Assembly (NCBI GenBank): GCA_031389825.1
Contig: JANMSW010000048.1
Coordinates: 49,197 to 113,196, forward strand
Direction: 5' to 3'
DNA: 64,000 nucleotides
Origin: Spartobacteria bacterium
Lineage (GTDB): Bacteria > Verrucomicrobiota > Verrucomicrobiia > Chthoniobacterales > Chthoniobacteraceae
This document shows positions 1 through 8,862 of the stretch, piece by piece. Position 1 is the first letter of the stretch, and each line of letters opens with the position of its first letter. A model generated the notes under the pieces. That model searched no databases, had not been told where the DNA came from, and saw only the letters and a program-made list of their open reading frames with translations. The position numbers and the translations under genes are program-made.

Positions 1-50
1 GGAGAGCATCTTAGGGGGGGGTATTGTGGAATAACCTTCTCCCTTCGACA

Positions 51-347
51 TCAAATTGAATTAGGGCGAGTGTGGCTACCGAGCGTCAACTCCTTGGATG
101 GTGTAAGTTTCACTGAGACCTTATGGGTGGAAGAGGTATTCCGCGACCCCGTTAATGTATTGTCAAGGACCCACAGGTTTACCGATGTTCCGCCTTCGAC
201 GGTGCACGAGAGGGTTACTTCCAAGTCGATCGTGACCTCGCCCAGAATGAACTCTGGATACGTGGGGTCACGTGAATCGGTAGCTTTCTTGATCTCTCTC
301 TTTATGGCTGAGATCGCATCAGCGAGTGAAGGTTGCGAGTTGTGCAT
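51..347 (-). CDS. trypco2-like (trypsin-co-occurring domain 2) small protein
   Basis: 98-aa ORF. N-terminal helix SLADAISAIKREIKKA is followed by a beta-rich segment EVTIDLEVTLS...STHKVSVKLTP, matching the remembered layout of trypco2 family proteins. Overlaps the upstream same-strand ORF by 29 nt. Confidence 0.55.
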   Translation of the reverse strand: MHNSQPSLADAISAIKREIKKATDSRDPTYPEFILGEVTIDLEVTLSCTVEGGTSVNLWVLDNTLTGSRNTSSTHKVSVKLTPSKELTLGSHTRPNSI

Positions 348-1305
348 TGTGCTGGATTATAAGTGCAAGATTTGCCACATTCGGGACGCCTATTAACAAA
401 GAGGTTTCTGTGGCCTGTACAATAGCGACGGGTGGCTTCTCCATCACGATCTTCTGGGCTTCTACTGCTTCAGTGTCGGTCGTTGCCGGGCTTTTCTCGG
501 AAAGGTTAGTTCCTGCTTGAAGGTCATGCAGAACGTCAAAGAAGGAAGATGGTCCTGAAGCGAAGCTTCCAATGATTTTCCCAAGCGCCCAGAATGCTTG
601 ATCGTACGTCAAGGCTGTCCCCGTGGCGAATCCGAAGTTATCAGGAGGATCCAACAAATCGAGCGTATTACATGCAAGCCACCAAATTCGAGGGCGATAC
701 TGACCGGCGATGGCGATAGTTGACCCGTCGCTAAAGTGCATGTCTCCCTTGCTGTCAACGTGCCCGACAACCACCGTGAGATCATGCTCAGACAGCATAT
801 TCAGCCGTAATTTCACTTCCAAGGCGATCGTAGGCTCCTTCTCTGCTCTGAGGGGAATCACCTGAGTCACGACACCGTTCGGCTCAGGGAAATTATACTT
901 GCAAAAGCGCTTGTAGCGCTCAGAAATGTCCGTGTAGTAGCTGGGTGGGATTTGTGAGATCGCTCTAATGCCGTGAATCTTAGATGCGTGAGCGGCACTT
1001 GAAGGAATGTCAGCCATTACCACTAGGGACTTTGGCCGCAGCAGTAGAGCTTCTAACCCCTTCATTGGGTGTGTGCTCTTCTGGAGCACAACCAGGGTTT
1101 GCGCTGCAACACTCTTGCGCAGCTGCGTCACCTCTTTTGGGTCCTTTGTAAGGACAACACCTCTTAGAGGTTGCACCAGCTGCCCCTCACAGAAGCTCCC
1201 GTGGACTAATTTCCCGTCCTGGAAATAGTAGGTTTCCGCCCCGAAAGTCGCAATATTGAGAAGGCCCAAAGCGAGCGTGAGCCTGACAATGTACCGGTTG
1301 ATCAT
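319..1305 (-). CDS. hypothetical protein, partner of the trypco2 gene; possible caspase/CHAT-fold peptidase
   Basis: 328-aa ORF with a hydrophobic N-terminus. Segment LTVVVGHVDSKGDMHFSDGS...RIWWLACNT places a His and a Cys each just after a hydrophobic strand, about 30 residues apart, as in caspase-fold His-Cys dyads. No other family motif recognised. Confidence 0.45.
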   Translation of the reverse strand: MINRYIVRLTLALGLLNIATFGAETYYFQDGKLVHGSFCEGQLVQPLRGVVLTKDPKEVTQLRKSVAAQTLVVLQKSTHPMKGLEALLLRPKSLVVMADIPSSAAHASKIHGIRAISQIPPSYYTDISERYKRFCKYNFPEPNGVVTQVIPLRAEKEPTIALEVKLRLNMLSEHDLTVVVGHVDSKGDMHFSDGSTIAIAGQYRPRIWWLACNTLDLLDPPDNFGFATGTALTYDQAFWALGKIIGSFASGPSSFFDVLHDLQAGTNLSEKSPATTDTEAVEAQKIVMEKPPVAIVQATETSLLIGVPNVANLALIIQHNAQLATFTR

Positions 1306-1528
1306 TTCCTCGAAGACTGAAGTGGTAGATTGGTAGGGGCAATCGGAATCAGCTTGCCGAGAAATTCTACGAACTTTGAGGATCCGGGTTTTTGCGAGTA
1401 AGAACCTAACTCTATGACTCTTCGGAACTCACTTTTGGAGACTTCGGTCTTTGCTCGCGGAAGAGTCTCCGTTGTGGATGAAGGGGTGGATTTGCTGGCA
1501 CGCGATAGAGCTTCCTTGAGACCGAGCG

Positions 1529-2854
1529 ATGCTGCAGGCCGACCTGCAACCCGGAGCTAGGATCCTCGTTTTGACTTATAATCGCCCTCTTAGTGGGGAG
1601 CTGCGAGATCGCTTTAGCCGTCTTTGCCCGCGAGCTGCGGTCGAGTGGTCGACCTTCTATCAGTGGTGTCGTGAATTCAGCGGCGCTCGCTGGGAGATTA
1701 TTAAGCCGTGGGAGCGTGAGACCCTGATCCGCGAGTTGATCAGCAAGGATGCTTCTCTTTCAAGGCTGCCAGAGGACTTCATTGCTGAAGAGGTAGATTG
1801 GATTCGAGATCAAGCGATCGTGACAAGGCAGGAGTACTTGGACGTGCCCCGGCTAGGACGTAAGCGTCCCTTGAACGATGATCAGCGGAATGCCGTTTTC
1901 ACTCTCCTGGTGGCGTACTGTCGCGAATTGAAGCGGCGTGGCCTTGATGATTGGACAGGCGCTGCTTCCTCTGTGTGGCGGCAGGTAGATCGTGGATTGC
2001 TGAGCACACCCCTCTACGACTCGATACTCGTGGATGAAGCTCAGTTCTTCGCGCCTACCTGGCTTCGACTCATTCGCAAGGCTGTTCGCCCTAGCTCTGG
2101 GCAATTGTTTCTAGCGGCAGATCCAACTCAAGGGTTCCTCAAACGCAGACAGTCTTGGCTCTCGAGTGGGCTCAACGTTCGGGGCAATTCTGCGCGCCTG
2201 CTTCGCTGCTACCGAAACACCAGTGCAATCCTTGAGTTTGCCGGTAACTTCTACCGGAACCGTATACCGGCTGAGGAGCAAGAAATCAATCTGCCTACAG
2301 CAGAAGAATTCAAATCGCTCGAGTCGGGTGAAGCTCCTCAGCTAATCCGAGTTGATAGTGCGCAAGGAGAATGTGCGCGAGTCGTGAACGAGATCGTAGC
2401 GGCCTTGGGCTTAGGAGCAAATCCAGAGCATTTCCTCGTGCTCCAGAGTGACTCCACGATGGTCGAGTCCTTCATCAAACTCATCAATCGATCCTTCAAA
2501 CAGCCTATCGCCCGTGACCTCAAAGACTATACGACTGCGTCATCTGGGATGGTAAAGGTGAGTTCACTGAATGCTGCGACGGGCTTGGAATGCCCGGTTG
2601 TATCCCTCTGCGGCCTAGACTCATTACTTGAGCGGGAAGAGGCCATAGGATTGGACGGAGACCAGAAACATGAGCTGATTCGAGACAACACACGCCGAAT
2701 CTACATGGGTATCACCAGAGCAAGTCAGAAGCTGGTCATTACTTGCCGTAGCCTGAGCACCCAAGCAGCGTTCAAATCTTCCCGAAATCACCAGCTGCCT
2801 CAAGTTACCCCCGGATCCTCAAACGTTGCTCCCAGCGATTTTGCGAGCCTTTGA
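1529..2854 (+). pseudogene. SF1 UvrD/Rep-like helicase lacking motif I (N-terminally truncated)
   Basis: The ORF starts at motif Ia (ILVLTYNRPL). Later motifs are present: II (ILVDEAQFF), III (LFLAADPTQGF), IV (CYRNTSAI), V (NAATGLECPVV) and VI (IYMGITRASQKL). No GxGKT is found anywhere. An in-frame TGA lies at 1517-1519, and the other upstream frames lack a Walker A. Confidence 0.6.
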
Positions 2855-3294
2855 ATCCAATCTCCATCGCGGGCTGGTGGGTGATGAGAACCTCCACTTC
2901 CACCATGAGAGCCCTTAACGTCACTGCTCCAGATCAAGCATAAACCAAATCCTGCAGAGCACGAGGAAATTATCGAAGCAGCCCGTCGTGGAGATAGGGT
3001 CCGTGCGATCAGCCTGTACATCACTGCCACAGGTGCGGGATTGGGCGAGGCTCAGAACTTCATCAGGGCTTTAGGTGTACAAACGGAAGAGGCGAGTGCG
3101 CCTGAGAACCGGCCTGGTGGTGGTGGGGAGCGGTAGCTCCGACGTGAGCTGGAGCTGCTGAGTGCTCAGGCAGTCGCAGCTTAGGTCTCAGGTTCGCCTG
3201 GTACTTCGCTCTCGACGGCATTCGCATCCGGTCTTGGGTTCCCCGCCGCTTGCGGCCGTCCCGGCGTTATCGAGCTGCGGATCCTCTGGTAGCT

Positions 3295-3327
3295 AAAAAA
3301 AAGCCCACCCGTACGGATGAGCTTTTT
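3295..3327. terminator. bidirectional Rho-independent terminator
   Basis: A8 run, then stem GCCCACCC, loop GTAC, stem GGATGAGC (two G-U pairs), then T5. On the minus strand this reads as hairpin plus T8, immediately downstream of the AAA+ gene stop at 3334. Confidence 0.6.
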
Positions 3328-3333
3328 GACTCC

Positions 3334-4830
3334 CTACGCCGCAATCTTCCGATGAGCTCGGGTAGATTGCAGTGTGGTAGCAGGTCTTGCTCTGCCGGTG
3401 GCCCAGGTCCGCAGCTCGCTCATTCGTTCCCCCATCAACTTCGAAAGGGGAACGAAGTCCACGAGCACCTCACCGATAGTGAGATCAGTTGGCTCCTGAT
3501 CTTGATCGAATCCGCGATACAGCGCCTCACTGAAAACCTGCTCGATCTCTGAGCCCGTGAAGGCTTCCGTGACCTTCGCCAGTTGCCGCAGATCGAAGTC
3601 GCAGGAATCACGATGGAACTTCTGGATCTGGATCGTCCAGATCGCTTCGCGCTCCTCCCGGGTGGGAAGATCCACGAAGAAGAGTTCATCCCAGCGTCCT
3701 TTGCGCAGCATCTCCGGTGGAAGCTGACTCACATCATTGGCGGTAGCCACGATGAAGACCGGAGCCTTCTTCTCCTGCATCCAGTAGATGAAGGAACCGA
3801 ATACCCGTGACGCAGTGCCACCATCAGTGGAGCCACTGCTCTTGCTTCCAGCAAACGCCTTCTCCAGCTCATCGAGCCAGAGCACGCAAGGTGCAATGGC
3901 TTCAGCAGTTTGGATCACCGAGCGCAGATTGGCTTCGGATTGACCCACGAGCCCGGCAAAGATGCGTCCAGCATCGAGCCTGAGTAGCGGGATCCCGAAC
4001 ACACTGGCTGTGGCTTTCGCTGCGAGGCTCTTCCCGCAACCAGGTACTCCAAGCATCAGGACTCCCTTGGGTGTGGGTAACCCGTACTCCACTGCGCGAG
4101 GGGTGAAAGCCTCCCTGCGCTTCAGGAGCCAGTCCTTGAGCTGATCCAATCCACCTATCGACGCCAGAGACTCGTTGCTTTCTACGAGTTCTAGGAGTCC
4201 ATTCTTTCGTACGGCCTGCGCCTTCTCTCTGGCGACCACCACTGGGCTGAGTTCCCCGGCTTCGATGACCGACAATGCAAAGGCATCTTCGGCTTCCCCA
4301 GTGGTCAATCCACGAGCTGCATCGATGAGTGCGGCGGTGAATACTTCATCCGGCTGTGGTTTGCCTGTGGATTCGACGATGCCCCTAAGGACCTGCTGCA
4401 GGGCGGAGGCGTCCGGCAGCGCGAAGTCGAGGACGGTGAACTCCCGTTCCAGCTCTGGAGGCAGCTTCAATCGACAGCCCAGCATGGCAATGGTCTTCCC
4501 ATGCAGCTTACCGGCCCGGAGTTGATCCCTCAAATTCCGGATGATGATCGGATTGGGATCATCAAGAAACGGCTGGAAGTCCCGCAGGAGAACCACCGTA
4601 TTCTCCGGTAGCTCCGCAATGATGCTCACCGCCTCCATCGGGTCCTGGCATCCTCTGGAAGCTCCGGTGCGGGTATCAATCAGACCTGCCGTCACGGACC
4701 AGGCAAAGAGCTGGTAGTTCAGGTGGTCGGCAATGGCTTTCAGTTCTGCTTCGACGCGTTGTTCCTCAGGCGAAACAAGGTAGAGTCCGGCGTACCCGGC
4801 TCTGATGTAGCGAGTGATCTTCTCTCTCAT
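3334..4830 (-). CDS. AAA+ ATPase, Ycf46-like architecture (N-terminal domain plus C-terminal AAA module)
   Basis: Walker A GVPGCGKS and Walker B VLWLDELEKAF. SRH-like region ATANDVSQLPPEMLRKGRWDE. Start taken at MREKITRY (ATG 4830), just after the stop of the upstream ORF (4845). Confidence 0.85.
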   Translation of the reverse strand: MREKITRYIRAGYAGLYLVSPEEQRVEAELKAIADHLNYQLFAWSVTAGLIDTRTGASRGCQDPMEAVSIIAELPENTVVLLRDFQPFLDDPNPIIIRNLRDQLRAGKLHGKTIAMLGCRLKLPPELEREFTVLDFALPDASALQQVLRGIVESTGKPQPDEVFTAALIDAARGLTTGEAEDAFALSVIEAGELSPVVVAREKAQAVRKNGLLELVESNESLASIGGLDQLKDWLLKRREAFTPRAVEYGLPTPKGVLMLGVPGCGKSLAAKATASVFGIPLLRLDAGRIFAGLVGQSEANLRSVIQTAEAIAPCVLWLDELEKAFAGSKSSGSTDGGTASRVFGSFIYWMQEKKAPVFIVATANDVSQLPPEMLRKGRWDELFFVDLPTREEREAIWTIQIQKFHRDSCDFDLRQLAKVTEAFTGSEIEQVFSEALYRGFDQDQEPTDLTIGEVLVDFVPLSKLMGERMSELRTWATGRARPATTLQSTRAHRKIAA

Positions 4831-4844
4831 GGTATGCAGTTGTC

Positions 4845-5069
4845 TTAGTGGTTGAAGTATTGATGTTCCCACGTGAGGCAGTTGGCGCGAGAGGCATCGG
4901 AGTAGAGGAGGTCGCCCTTTGCACCATGGACCTCCCATCGCTGGGTTTGCGGGTTGAACTCGATGGTGCCTGCCCGCTCCATCTCGAGTGGACCGATGGC
5001 CGTGAGATTAACGACTTCGGTGTAGAGCCCGTGCCCTGTGCCATCTGGCGTGAAGGTCAGGACGTTCAT
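4845..5069 (-). CDS. hypothetical 74-aa protein, translationally coupled in the AAA+ operon
   Basis: ORF overlaps the DUF2997 stop by 4 nt and ends 15 nt before the AAA+ start. No family recognised. Confidence 0.5.
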   Translation of the reverse strand: MNVLTFTPDGTGHGLYTEVVNLTAIGPLEMERAGTIEFNPQTQRWEVHGAKGDLLYSDASRANCLTWEHQYFNH

Positions 5070-5266
5070 GACCCAAGCTGCTGCTGCTGACTGGAAGTGC
5101 GGCGCTGGTGGTATTCGGGCTTCTTCTGCTTCTTTCCGACTACTCCCAATGCCTCCTCCAAGTACTCAGTAGCCTTCTCGCAATCGGCACCCTTGAAGCC
5201 AAGGGCATCAATCTGAATCTCACCCGTCGAGCGGATGGTGACTTCGATCGTGGGTTTACCGTTCAT
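5066..5266 (-). CDS. DUF2997-like small protein
   Basis: 66 aa. MNGKPTIEVTIRSTGEIQIDALGFKGADCEKATEYLEEALG matches the remembered DUF2997 pattern, and it sits in the usual position next to DUF1257. Confidence 0.55.
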   Translation of the reverse strand: MNGKPTIEVTIRSTGEIQIDALGFKGADCEKATEYLEEALGVVGKKQKKPEYHQRRTSSQQQQLGS

Positions 5267-5645
5267 GGTTACATGCCCCGATCACGAGTTTGATGGACCC
5301 ATCCTGCTGCGCTTTGCGCTGCACGAAGTGGCCGCGCTTCTTGGCTTCTCCGATGGTCTTGTAGACTCCGTAAAGCTGGAGCAAACGACCAAAGTTGGCT
5401 CCGACCTCTTTCTCGACATGCCCATCCCACCAGTCGGTAGTCAGGCCGTACGAGCCGTCGACGTTCTTCTGGAGGGCGACATCGTACGGGCCTTGAAGCC
5501 GTATGACGTAGTCTGCCTGGAGCTGGTTGTTGGCATATCCACGAGCAGTGGTGTTCTCCAGCAGCTCGAGTCCGAGTTCCTGGACTGCAGACTGCAGTGC
5601 CGTGGTGTCCCTGATTTGGGTGTGGATGGTGGTGAAATGACTCAT
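5256..5645 (-). CDS. DUF1257 (Ycf35-like) protein
   Basis: MSHFTTIHTQIRD...ALQSAVQELGLEL...YDVALQKN...YGLTTDWW is typical of DUF1257/Ycf35. Start taken at the internal ATG 5645. Overlaps DUF2997 by 11 nt. Confidence 0.6.
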   Translation of the reverse strand: MSHFTTIHTQIRDTTALQSAVQELGLELLENTTARGYANNQLQADYVIRLQGPYDVALQKNVDGSYGLTTDWWDGHVEKEVGANFGRLLQLYGVYKTIGEAKKRGHFVQRKAQQDGSIKLVIGACNHER

Positions 5646-5681
5646 GGGTTGGTTCCTTTCTGATTGTGGGTTGGAAATCAA

Positions 5682-5721
5682 AACGCCCGGCCCCCTTGAG
5701 TAGGGAAGGAGACCGGGCGTT
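5682..5721 (-). terminator. hairpin, possible terminator after the SWIM gene
   Basis: 9-bp stem AACGCCCGG/CCGGGCGTT with a 22-nt loop. The minus-strand reading is followed by TTTTGATTT. Confidence 0.35.
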
Positions 5722-5739
5722 CTTCTGGTGATGCGCTGG

Positions 5740-6048
5740 TTACAGCTGGAGCTTCCGTCGGCCTATCTCTCCGAAACGTTGCACCTGATGGGTTGAGGTA
5801 CCCGATCTGGCGACGGGTTGACTGGGGACAGCCTGCAGATCATGCATGCTGTGACAGTGGCGATTTGCAGTGCCGAGATGGACCGCTCGGGTGTGCTTGC
5901 AGCTGCGGGAGCCGTTTGCCGCCACGCGCAAGCGCCAGCCCGGACAATCACAGATTGTCCACCCGTCGGCGTAGAGGAGGGTCTGGTAGGGGCGGTTTCC
6001 CTTAGAGGACGCAAACGTCCAGCACTTGGATAACGCGGCAGCATTCAC
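5740..6048 (-). CDS. SWIM zinc-finger protein
   Basis: CDCPGW...(x14)...CKH fits the SWIM CxCxnCxH signature. Confidence 0.55.
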   Translation of the reverse strand: MNAAALSKCWTFASSKGNRPYQTLLYADGWTICDCPGWRLRVAANGSRSCKHTRAVHLGTANRHCHSMHDLQAVPSQPVARSGTSTHQVQRFGEIGRRKLQL

Positions 6049-6054
6049 GAGCTG

Positions 6055-7062
6055 CTACGCGGCGAGGTTGAACCTTCTGCGGCCAAGCTGACCGAAGTTC
6101 TGGACAAGGTCGGTGACATCCGCCTGGGACAGTTCTCGGGCTTTGTCGGCCAGCGCGGACAAACCCTGCTGAAGCTTCCGCTGTGCGCCACCGTTGTCTC
6201 GATACTCCGCGGCAGTGCGGGAGAGCAGTTCCTGACGCACGGCTTCGAGCTGATGCTCCATCGCCTGGTCGTTGGCGAAGTTCATCTGCTTGAACTGATC
6301 GATGAAGCGCACCAGGCGATTGAGAGTCTTCTGGTGCACGCCATCGGTTTTGCCGCTGTTGATGCTCTGGAGCATCTCCTCACAGAGAGTGGCAGTCTGC
6401 TCACGTAAGGATGCCACGCACTCCCCGACGAAGTTTTCCACATCACTGCGGATCTTTGTGCTGGCTTCTCGCACGGCATGTTGCCGGGCAGCGATCACCT
6501 CACGCTGTTCACTGAGGCTTACCAGATCAGTTGTCATCTCCTCTGGAAGAGCAATCTGGAAGAGGGTCATCTCGAAACCGAACTGCTTCTCCAGGGACAG
6601 CGGGAACGCGCCGGCAATGGCGGAGACGAGACGATCCGGATCGTTGACCAGCTTGTTGGCGACGGTGCGCCATTCCTCCATGGCTCTGGAGCGGTGCCTT
6701 GCGTAATGGGCTACGAATTCATCCTTCGCGTTCCAGAACTCGGATTCTAAGGCGCGGAGCTTGTCCGTGACCTCTCCCAGCTTTGAGTTTGGCAGGAAAT
6801 GGCCAAGGCCGTTAACGAAGGGGAAGGTGTTGGCGACGACGATGGCATGTGCCCGGCTCTCGATGAGTGCCAGGTCAGCAGTGGCATCTTTGGGAAGCAG
6901 GCGTTTGTGGCCGAGGCTGATCAGACGATCGGAAACGTCATCAGCATCGAGTCCCAGATCCTCAGCTTTGAGTTTCTTGCAGCCGCGCCAGAAGCGGACG
7001 CTGACGCTGATGAGCACGCCTTCGCGGCTGAGTACATCGAGTAGTGTGGAGTTGGAGTTCAT
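6055..7062 (-). CDS. DUF3150-like protein
   Basis: VLISVSVRFWRGCKKLKAEDLGL...LISLGHKRLLP...ESEFWNAKDEFVAHY matches the remembered DUF3150 N-terminal pattern. Start at MNSNSTLL (ATG 7062). Confidence 0.55.
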   Translation of the reverse strand: MNSNSTLLDVLSREGVLISVSVRFWRGCKKLKAEDLGLDADDVSDRLISLGHKRLLPKDATADLALIESRAHAIVVANTFPFVNGLGHFLPNSKLGEVTDKLRALESEFWNAKDEFVAHYARHRSRAMEEWRTVANKLVNDPDRLVSAIAGAFPLSLEKQFGFEMTLFQIALPEEMTTDLVSLSEQREVIAARQHAVREASTKIRSDVENFVGECVASLREQTATLCEEMLQSINSGKTDGVHQKTLNRLVRFIDQFKQMNFANDQAMEHQLEAVRQELLSRTAAEYRDNGGAQRKLQQGLSALADKARELSQADVTDLVQNFGQLGRRRFNLAA

Positions 7063-7086
7063 AGCTTGGTTTGGTTTGGGTGTAGG

Positions 7087-7121
7087 AAAAAAAAGCCCGC
7101 ACGCCGGTGAGGCGTGCGGGC
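7087..7121 (-). terminator. strong Rho-independent terminator
   Basis: Perfect 11-bp stem GCCCGCACGCC/GGCGTGCGGGC with loop GGTGA. Followed by T8 on the minus strand. Confidence 0.7.
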
Positions 7122-7365
7122 GTCGTGTTCTGCAGGGAAGCGTAACGCGGTCGCGCAACACCCTGTGTTGGTGGAGAAGCGATTGCTTTACGGTTTGAAC
7201 CGACGCTTACCGGACGGATGCAGGTGGCATCCTTTCTGCGAGGAATGAATACTACACTGCTTGGACGTCCGTCCTCCGCCCACTGTCATTCTTGAGCACC
7301 GAATAGAAATGGTCCGGAAAAAATTCGGGGAGCGAACACAGCACGCCGCTCAAGTTGACCGAGCT

Positions 7366-8730
7366 TCAGAACGCTTCTCCTTTGCCACCAAACATCAGGA
7401 TTAGATGAGCAAAAGCTTTTGCGAGTCTTTGTGCGTCCATTGACGACAGTGTGCCAGTAATGCTCAGCACGCATTGACTGCGTGGGGTTGCTTGGGTCGA
7501 GAACACACCATCCGGAGTGCTCCTGACCTCGTAAGCAGTGAGCAGTGGCTGTCCATTGAAAGCCTCCAGTAAGATGCGGCCTCTTTCCACGACCTCGTAA
7601 TTAAACTGGCGGCTTTCGGTCTCGTAGCGAACCTTCGCGTTTAGGTCGGCAGGGTTGAAGAGAATCGTTTCCCCCTCGCCGTCGCCTTCCGCTTGGAGCG
7701 AGCGTACGATCATCTTCCGAGATTTTTCACCGTAGCCCAATTCCTTGTAGGGGGCGAGCTTCGCATTGATGAACGCCAACGTCTCTTGATAGGAGGGGCC
7801 TACAAGTGGGTTGGGAGGAACCACTTCAATGAAACGGTCAGTGTTGCATTGCAATTCCCCCCACCGTTTGCCGCTGGCAATCTCCATTGCCTCGGATGCC
7901 GCCGCTTCGTGGGCCCGTTGTACAACCATTTGCTCCTGCTCCTTTTTGGTTAGCTCTCTTCCAGGAACAGGTGCAATGCGAGGACCGGGCGCTGCGGTGG
8001 GCGCGGGACCAGGAGCAACGAGGGACGTAGCCGCGGCATTGTCGATGGCGGCAAGCAGCGAGCGATGTTGCTGCTCACTTGTTGATACCGCCTCCCTGGC
8101 CGCCGAATCCATCTGGTCTGCCTCTTTCCGCATCTGTGCGGCACGAACTTGGTTGGAAGTGTCATTCGGGCTTAGCGGATTAGGGCGATCAACGTTGGCC
8201 GCGTTCTTCCGTAGCCGGTCTGCAGCGGCTGTGACTTGTGCGAGCGCCGCCTTTGAGGCGGTCATTCGCTGCTTCGCAACCATGAGGTCGGTGACGGCTT
8301 TCTGCAGCGCCACTATCTGTGGCCTCGCACGGTCGGCGCGAGGTGCCCGCGCCAGGATGGCGCTCGCCTGATCCAGATTCCCTGCCCGCACGGCAGCAAT
8401 GGCGTCCTTTTGGAGCTTCTGAATGTCCCCGAGAACGAGGGCAATCGAGTCTTCCGGAACCCAAATAGCGATGGATTTGCCATCCTTGGATTTTTCCATC
8501 AGGAACACTCTTTTGTCCCGGTGAGCCAGCACCCGGAAGACTTCGCCTTGCTTAGCAGTGCGTAGCGGCTCTTCCCGGAAGTGGAGGGGGACGGACCTGG
8601 TCACGGTGACGCTATCTCCTTCTTCAAACGATGCTTCTGTGGTGATGGGGCTCAAGGCCACCGCTAAAGTGGCCGCGATGATGCTCGGCCAACCAACTCC
8701 CGGCGAGCGGGAGAATTCTGTACAGTTCAT
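7366..8730 (-). CDS. secreted or membrane-anchored coiled-coil protein, unknown function
   Basis: Start at MNCTEF. Hydrophobic signal-like segment WPSIIAATLAVALSPITTEA, a helical Ala/Gln-rich middle and a Pro/Ala linker. Confidence 0.5.
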   Translation of the reverse strand: MNCTEFSRSPGVGWPSIIAATLAVALSPITTEASFEEGDSVTVTRSVPLHFREEPLRTAKQGEVFRVLAHRDKRVFLMEKSKDGKSIAIWVPEDSIALVLGDIQKLQKDAIAAVRAGNLDQASAILARAPRADRARPQIVALQKAVTDLMVAKQRMTASKAALAQVTAAADRLRKNAANVDRPNPLSPNDTSNQVRAAQMRKEADQMDSAAREAVSTSEQQHRSLLAAIDNAAATSLVAPGPAPTAAPGPRIAPVPGRELTKKEQEQMVVQRAHEAAASEAMEIASGKRWGELQCNTDRFIEVVPPNPLVGPSYQETLAFINAKLAPYKELGYGEKSRKMIVRSLQAEGDGEGETILFNPADLNAKVRYETESRQFNYEVVERGRILLEAFNGQPLLTAYEVRSTPDGVFSTQATPRSQCVLSITGTLSSMDAQRLAKAFAHLILMFGGKGEAF

Positions 8731-8862
8731 GATTAATTTTCGTTGGTTTGTTTCTGAGGATGAGAGCCCTGGCCGCTGGAATCTCCCGGAGCACAACTGT
8801 TCCCGAACGGGAACACATAGAGTGCGCCTGCGGCGGTAACGTCAAGTTCCCAACCCGGAACA

